From: Bacteroidales bacterium
Lineage (GTDB): Bacteria; Bacteroidota; Bacteroidia; Bacteroidales; UBA1715
Reading direction: 5' to 3'
DNA: 64,000 nt
NCBI GenBank assembly: GCA_031286165.1
Contig: JAITUU010000018.1
Location: forward strand, 47,934 to 111,933
Positions 61,501-64,000 of the stretch are shown here, piece by piece. Both the position numbers and the translations under genes were made by a program. The notes beneath the pieces were generated by a model, which saw nothing but the letters and a program-made list of their open reading frames with translations, was not told where the DNA came from and searched no databases. Position 1 is the first letter of the stretch, and every line of letters begins with the position of its first letter.

Positions 61501-64000
61501 TGCCCCAGCCTGTTGCTTGGGTAAATTTATCCCAGGTAACAGTTACTTTTGTCCATGCAGTGTGAGCCGGTACATTGAAACCATAGGAATTGAAACCCAA
61601 AAGTACATCGGCACCGGCACCGCCCATGGCTCCTTTTAAGCGCACGGCATCGCCTTTGTGCCAGAAAGTAATACCATCGGCATCGGCAAGCGTTTTACCA
61701 TTTAAACTTGTGAAGAATCCTTTTGGTTCGGCAAAGGCAAAGCCCAAACCTACACCTATAAAACCATCGGTATTACCTGTTTTCAGTGTGTAGCCTACAT
61801 TTGCACCTTTTGCAGTACCATTGGCACCGCCGTTTGTCATGGAAAAATCACCGCTTGGTGTAGTGGTAGAGAAACCATCGGTATAGGTGTACCAGTAGGT
61901 TCCGAATTTGGTCATACTTCCATCTTCACCATCGGCTACCATAGTTTCAGTGCAACCACCGGGTATTTTTGCTGCATCAAATAGGTCTATTGCTGCTTGC
62001 AGTGCTGCTACGGCGGCATCTATATCGTCTTGTTTGGTAGCAGTAAGTGCAGTAGTGGCAGTTGCCACCGCGCTTGTAAGTGCAGTTTTTGCACTTTGCG
62101 GATAGTTACCCGGCTCGGTACCCACCGTTGCTTTGCTCAATTTACTGTTTGCAGAGGCTATCAAGGCTTCGAGTTCGGCGGTGCTTACACTGTTTTTACA
62201 GTTGTCGAGCACCACACCCATAATTTGAATTTCGTCTAAGGCAAAACTTCCTGTTTTCGCAGTTCCTTCGGCTTTTACTTGGAATTGAATAGCACATACT
62301 TTTTGAATGTCTGCCGCAGTCATAGGTGCAAGTGGTGTTTCTGTTCCGGCATATTGGTCGAAAGCAAAATCAGTTAAGGCAACATCTACCTTTGTCCACG
62401 CAGTGTGTGCAGCAATCGGATAACAAAATTCATCTGCTCGTCCTTGTACTTTCAACTGAATCACACCGGCACCTCCTTTATGGTAGAACTGAATAGATTC
62501 TGCTCCCGTTAAATCCACCGGAACAAGAGATGTTTCCGTAGATTTAGGACTTAAATTAAATCCAAATCCCGCTCCCCATATAGAGTACGATGGAGGATTT
62601 TGCGCTTTTATATCGTAAGACAAATTCAAGTATCCATCTTTTTGTCCACCGGTAGCGGTAACTTTGTAATTACCAAAAGTATCATTTCCTGCAACTGATG
62701 TAATTTTAGAACTTCCATCGTTATACGAGAACCATTGTGTACATACATCGGTTTCGTCGGCATCGCAACTTGCTACCATAGTATTGGTATTCAATGGTAC
62801 TCTTGCTGCTTTAAACGCAGTGATAGCAGCATCAAGCGCAGCAATTGCATTTTTTTTGGTATCTTTTGTAGCCGTAGAAGGTACTGCTTTTGCGGTATTA
62901 ATGGCGGTTAAGAAGTTTGGTTTTGCAGGGTTGGGGTATTCTCCCGGATTGCTACCTACTATCGCCGGTGTGTAGAGTGCTTCCGCTTCGGCTATTTTTA
63001 TAGCGAGCAATTCATCGTAATCCACATCTCCACAGGCTTCTAAGGCTATGCCTTCAAAAGTTATTTCGTCTATGGCTATGCTGCCGTTGTTCACTGCCGA
63101 AGCGGTAGTACCCACTTGGAATTGTACGGCACATATATTTTGTATATTCGCGGCAGTAAGTTTCACACCGGCTGCTATGCCTTGATTGGCAACAGTAACC
63201 CATGTAGGGGTTACAAAGGTTTCTATATCAATAGTACGGGTAACCCATGCACTTGTAGATGCTGCAATATCAGCCTCAAAGTTACAATTTACTCCTTTTA
63301 CTTTCAGTTGCAATTTGGCAGCAGGACCTTTGTATTGGAATTTAATGGCAGTAATACCGGTTAAATCCACAGGAACATCAAGAGTAGCGGTAGTTTCTTT
63401 ACTCAAATTGAAACCAAAACCAATACCCCATGAATCAGCAATACTACTTGCTACTGTTTTATAGGCAAGAGCCAAACCCGGTCCGCCGGAAGCACCGCCG
63501 GTAGTAGAAATAGGAAGATTTCCTTTGGTATTGGCAGCGGTAGTAATTTCAGAACCTTTACCGTCATTGAAACCAAACCATGTAGTACATAAGTAGGTTG
63601 CTTCGTCTTGGTCGCGAGTACCATCGAACACCAAAGTTGGTCCGGCACCTACTTCCCATTGTGCATAAAGGCTTATGTTACCGGTAAGGTTGGCGGTAAA
63701 CGGATAGTAGGAAGTACCTGTTTGAGTGGTAGTCCAGCCTAAGAATTTATAGCCGGCACGTTTTGGGTCGGGTATTTTCACGGCAGCAGCACCTTTACAC
63801 GCAGGGTCGGCAAGTGCCGCAGGTGCACCTGAATAGTTATAGTTATAGGTTACTGTTACAGGGTCGCACGCAGCACAACCACCTGTTTTTCGCCACGGTG
63901 CATTGCTCGACCATGAAGAGAGTTGGTCCCACACATACTGTCCGCTTTCGTTGAAATCAGAGCGAGCAAAACTTGTTTGATTCGAGCGATTTGTGCCGTT
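55520..64000 (-). CDS. giant surface protein (>2826 aa, N-terminus outside window): Listeria-Bacteroides-repeat-like module, CBM-like beta-sandwich modules, 22 FIVAR-like helical repeats, T9SS type-A C-terminal sorting domain
   Basis: The frame stays open upstream of the track's GTG (63934) to the window edge (...NGTNRSNQTSFARSDFNESGQYVWDQL...). VTVTYNYNYSG...KRAGYKFLGWTT...ISLYAQW looks like a Listeria-Bacteroides repeat. Three modules carry DLTG..AI(K/Q)F.(Y/H)KG...LQLKV. About 78-aa repeats have the form L..AI..A......G...G.YP..AK.AL..AI..AQ.......TQ..VD.A...L..A...F. The C-terminus LRVYPTLATSQVTV...LAQGTYVVRVTFEDGTVETQSIIKQ is a T9SS CTD. Confidence 0.9.
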   Translation of the reverse strand, partial: NGTNRSNQTSFARSDFNESGQYVWDQLSSWSSNAPWRKTGGCAACDPVTVTYNYNYSGAPAALADPACKGAAAVKIPDPKRAGYKFLGWTTTQTGTSYYPFTANLTGNISLYAQWEVGAGPTLVFDGTRDQDEATYLCTTWFGFNDGKGSEITTAANTKGNLPISTTGGASGGPGLALAYKTVASSIADSWGIGFGFNLSKETTATLDVPVDLTGITAIKFQYKGPAAKLQLKVKGVNCNFEADIAASTSAWVTRTIDIETFVTPTWVTVANQGIAAGVKLTAANIQNICAVQFQVGTTASAVNNGSIAIDEITFEGIALEACGDVDYDELLAIKIAEAEALYTPAIVGSNPGEYPNPAKPNFLTAINTAKAVPSTATKDTKKNAIAALDAAITAFKAARVPLNTNTMVASCDADETDVCTQWFSYNDGSSKITSVAGNDTFGNYKVTATGGQKDGYLNLSYDIKAQNPPSYSIWGAGFGFNLSPKSTETSLVPVDLTGAESIQFYHKGGAGVIQLKVQGRADEFCYPIAAHTAWTKVDVALTDFAFDQYAGTETPLAPMTAADIQKVCAIQFQVKAEGTAKTGSFALDEIQIMGVVLDNCKNSVSTAELEALIASANSKLSKATVGTEPGNYPQSAKTALTSAVATATTALTATKQDDIDAAVAALQAAIDLFDAAKIPGGCTETMVADGEDGSMTKFGTYWYTYTDGFSTTTPSGDFSMTNGGANGTAKGANVGYTLKTGNTDGFIGVGLGFAFAEPKGFFTSLNGKTLADADGITFWHKGDAVRLKGAMGGAGADVLLGFNSYGFNVPAHTAWTKVTVTWDKFTQATGWGTPLAGGFDPSLLIEFQWQKEGAVGDVGSFAIDEVQIDGVCFQFKEVGLELTHNAWNDPNVYQNKNVPNGLNGLSLGKGDKVTITIAGTSKYAISNFQAVIADDRNDGYVEKSDYQIFGNIAANVPFSFTKTLTISEAAPAGAFKVFFDGSIVGAGVNSVYLKLTDGTNFDQYTVAYEKNEEGVLKLDEVSENGLQKKICDVLADTPEVKEGDKVHFVIEGTAEENISDLFVVLIDATAAGGYWNELSDWDVVLGPITAGVPFSYEFDVEVIASKIGTGACSQAIYLIDMNPSGNVTHLHLTTFTAEVQGAPAPDIAALNAAISTAENAYGSALTKAAGTNSCANGGQYTEAGVAALASAVSQFNTAITTAKAARTAATQAEVDAATAALTGAATTALNTALTTFEGTKIDRSNESLLTAAIATATTKHGAAVEGSNAGQYPAPAKANYLAAITTAQTFVSNKCKTKADITTAIADLATATQSFDDAKVADVDYSALNAAIALAANKAVATNSCAQGGTYKDAETMALVAAYTAANTAKTATTQAAVTAASNALTAALADFEAASLASVTKTVLNADIASAIVAHGNAVEGSANGQYAAGSKAIYSAKIADAQAVSSNKCALQSEVDAAAAALATATQTFNDAKVSVSITPLTDAIKAAEAVYSAAITDGTNGSYPAAEKSKLNTAIQAAVTKSTENNLSAQDVADAVAALNKAVSDFKASVISVDTQALDKAISDATALIAASTYGDEAGEYPASAKTALEGALASAQGVKNSATLTSDQATAAAADLNEAIDLFKTRANALVKTALENAISTAEALYASTTEGTETGSYPAQARADFQTAINTAKAVLTTVSKNADVLSAAAALDAARTLYMNAVNGMNAQPLDDAITAAQKVLDDAKAAGEVGAEGGQHPQQAADDLQAAINAAQNALDNATSQSEITTAINNLDKAVSDFNKTVNVVVIDKDALAAAITAGEAAIAGKVKGNGDGQYKAAVYDALASAISNGKTTNADDLATQAQVDARTAAINAAIEAFVPNVVSKTALIDLIAQANGLHDAANDQCSANGCYESGSKSTFKTAINTAQAVVDNAGADGDDIATAISNLESAIGIFNGKKIDLQAAIDALLAKIAQAQAKLTDPAVKPGTGNGFYLQSKITALTNAIADAQAVADAAASTQSDLVAAGLTLQSVMDAFTPEVVDKTALADALTGANEKYNSVTYGELDGQKPVAIGTALAKAIEDATVVNTNPQATTAEVNAALAALNQAVTNWVNASTNSIDRSELQAAINIANGLLASNPQEGEDFGQYAAGAIQALQNAVGYATTTLNNPSALQAAIDAEVTALNNAIALFNSRKVTIDRKALRDKIAEALALKDDVKVGSGNGEYPQSAVTIFNNAITSAQGTLASTTATQAQIDQAVIDLAKAITDVNNAKIVVNKDALLAALNTANALLLNSPQGNGNNQYPESAFLALKDAVDAAQAEYDKSNSTAANVTARTQALLSAISTFEQSKQSVSTGALQASINAANDAYDNAIEGEHHERYPYGSKSDLRDAIRIAEIVLNAAGSSQADINKAKADLDQAVKDFQAKQILVNSTALENLIKQANDIHSIAQPGDKPFQYPQEAKDALRDAIGAAQTAKGHPQLTQEIVDNATKALQDAVDAFSAAQIPGSNVIKTDLYLLIDQVTALYGSAKEQNQGGNYKNGSKAILLTAMLDATLVKNNEDATQEEVDQAVIDLKDARDLFLNSTVSLEKGPLEAAIANANKALKLSNNNIGTSNGNYPQEAVTALTNAIKAAEAVLASATEQSQLTNAYDVLQDAIQAYNNAKISAGNDQMLRMLFAQVQSEINNGAVFVNCSIGPGYPYSARTAIVNALESAKADHNKAKNQTDIDNIFNSLQAKFDTFLGSYTGECTDIDEVDAAALRVYPTLATSQVTVSAGKAIRTITVVSTRGAVVAVETPNSNQAVINVATLAQGTYVVRVTFEDGTVETQSIIKQ
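55790..60566 (-). repeat. 20 uninterrupted tandem ~234-nt (78-codon) degenerate repeats encoding FIVAR-like units
   Basis: Repeat boundaries were read from the translated protein, from PDIAALNAAISTAENAY... to ...IFNSLQAKFDTFLGS. They are divergent at the DNA level, with no long identical copies noticed. Confidence 0.7.

Noticed and set aside
56178-63464. Numerous plus-strand ORFs (57071-57898 at 275 aa, 58760-59317 at 185 aa, and others) opposite the FIVAR-repeat gene
   Set aside because: They are an artefact of the Ala-rich (GCN) coding strand, whose complement lacks stops. Products are Cys/Phe/Ser-rich with no periodicity of their own.

Overview
This 64-kb chromosomal segment looks like a Bacteroidota (CFB-group) genome. 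Three proteins end in T9SS C-terminal sorting domains. Many genes are preceded by TAnnTTTG-type -7 boxes and not by Shine-Dalgarno sites. The gene content fits too: b558-type sdhCAB, a DUF3822-like gene next to rsmD, and gliding-type giant adhesins. The left ~28 kb is mostly housekeeping: MMPL/RND transporter, SDR epimerase, orphan LuxR response regulator, RecD-like helicase, rsmD, WbpD-like acyltransferase, sdhCAB, lemA plus an M48 peptidase, trxB, PduO-type adenosyltransferase, an ilvD-x-aminotransferase-ilvB-ilvN operon and tRNA-Asn. The right ~36 kb is more accessory: OM beta-barrels, a zeta-toxin-like pair, a GH44-like T9SS glycosidase plus ROK glucokinase, lgt and a lutA-like gene. It also holds a 1-kb non-coding region, a 3436-aa RCC1/Ig-like/T9SS-type-B giant protein, a LEA_2-like lipoprotein, a 1416-aa double-ATPase CoA-enzyme activase, a ParE-like pair, and a >2826-aa FIVAR-like repeat giant protein that runs off the right edge. 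Five signals deserve a second look. (1) A textbook Val/Ile leader-peptide attenuator sits upstream of ilvD, hidden by the ORF track. (2) A perfect 25-bp inverted-repeat pair brackets 627 bp containing the only -7 box upstream of the giant adhesin gene; this could be an inverton or a MITE. (3) Nearly all short intergenic spacers are built from degenerate tandem 7-8-nt units, including TTAGTNN arrays at four loci that carry stop codons in all six frames. (4) A four-helix-bundle (23S-IVS/Avd-family) gene is embedded in a degenerate palindromic repeat, and an apparently empty copy lies in the sdhC-sdhA spacer. (5) There are two small toxin-antitoxin-like pairs, one with an ORF missing from the track. 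No CRISPR array, rRNA, transposase, integrase or phage genes were seen. All family calls come from motif recognition by eye, because no database search or folding program could be run.
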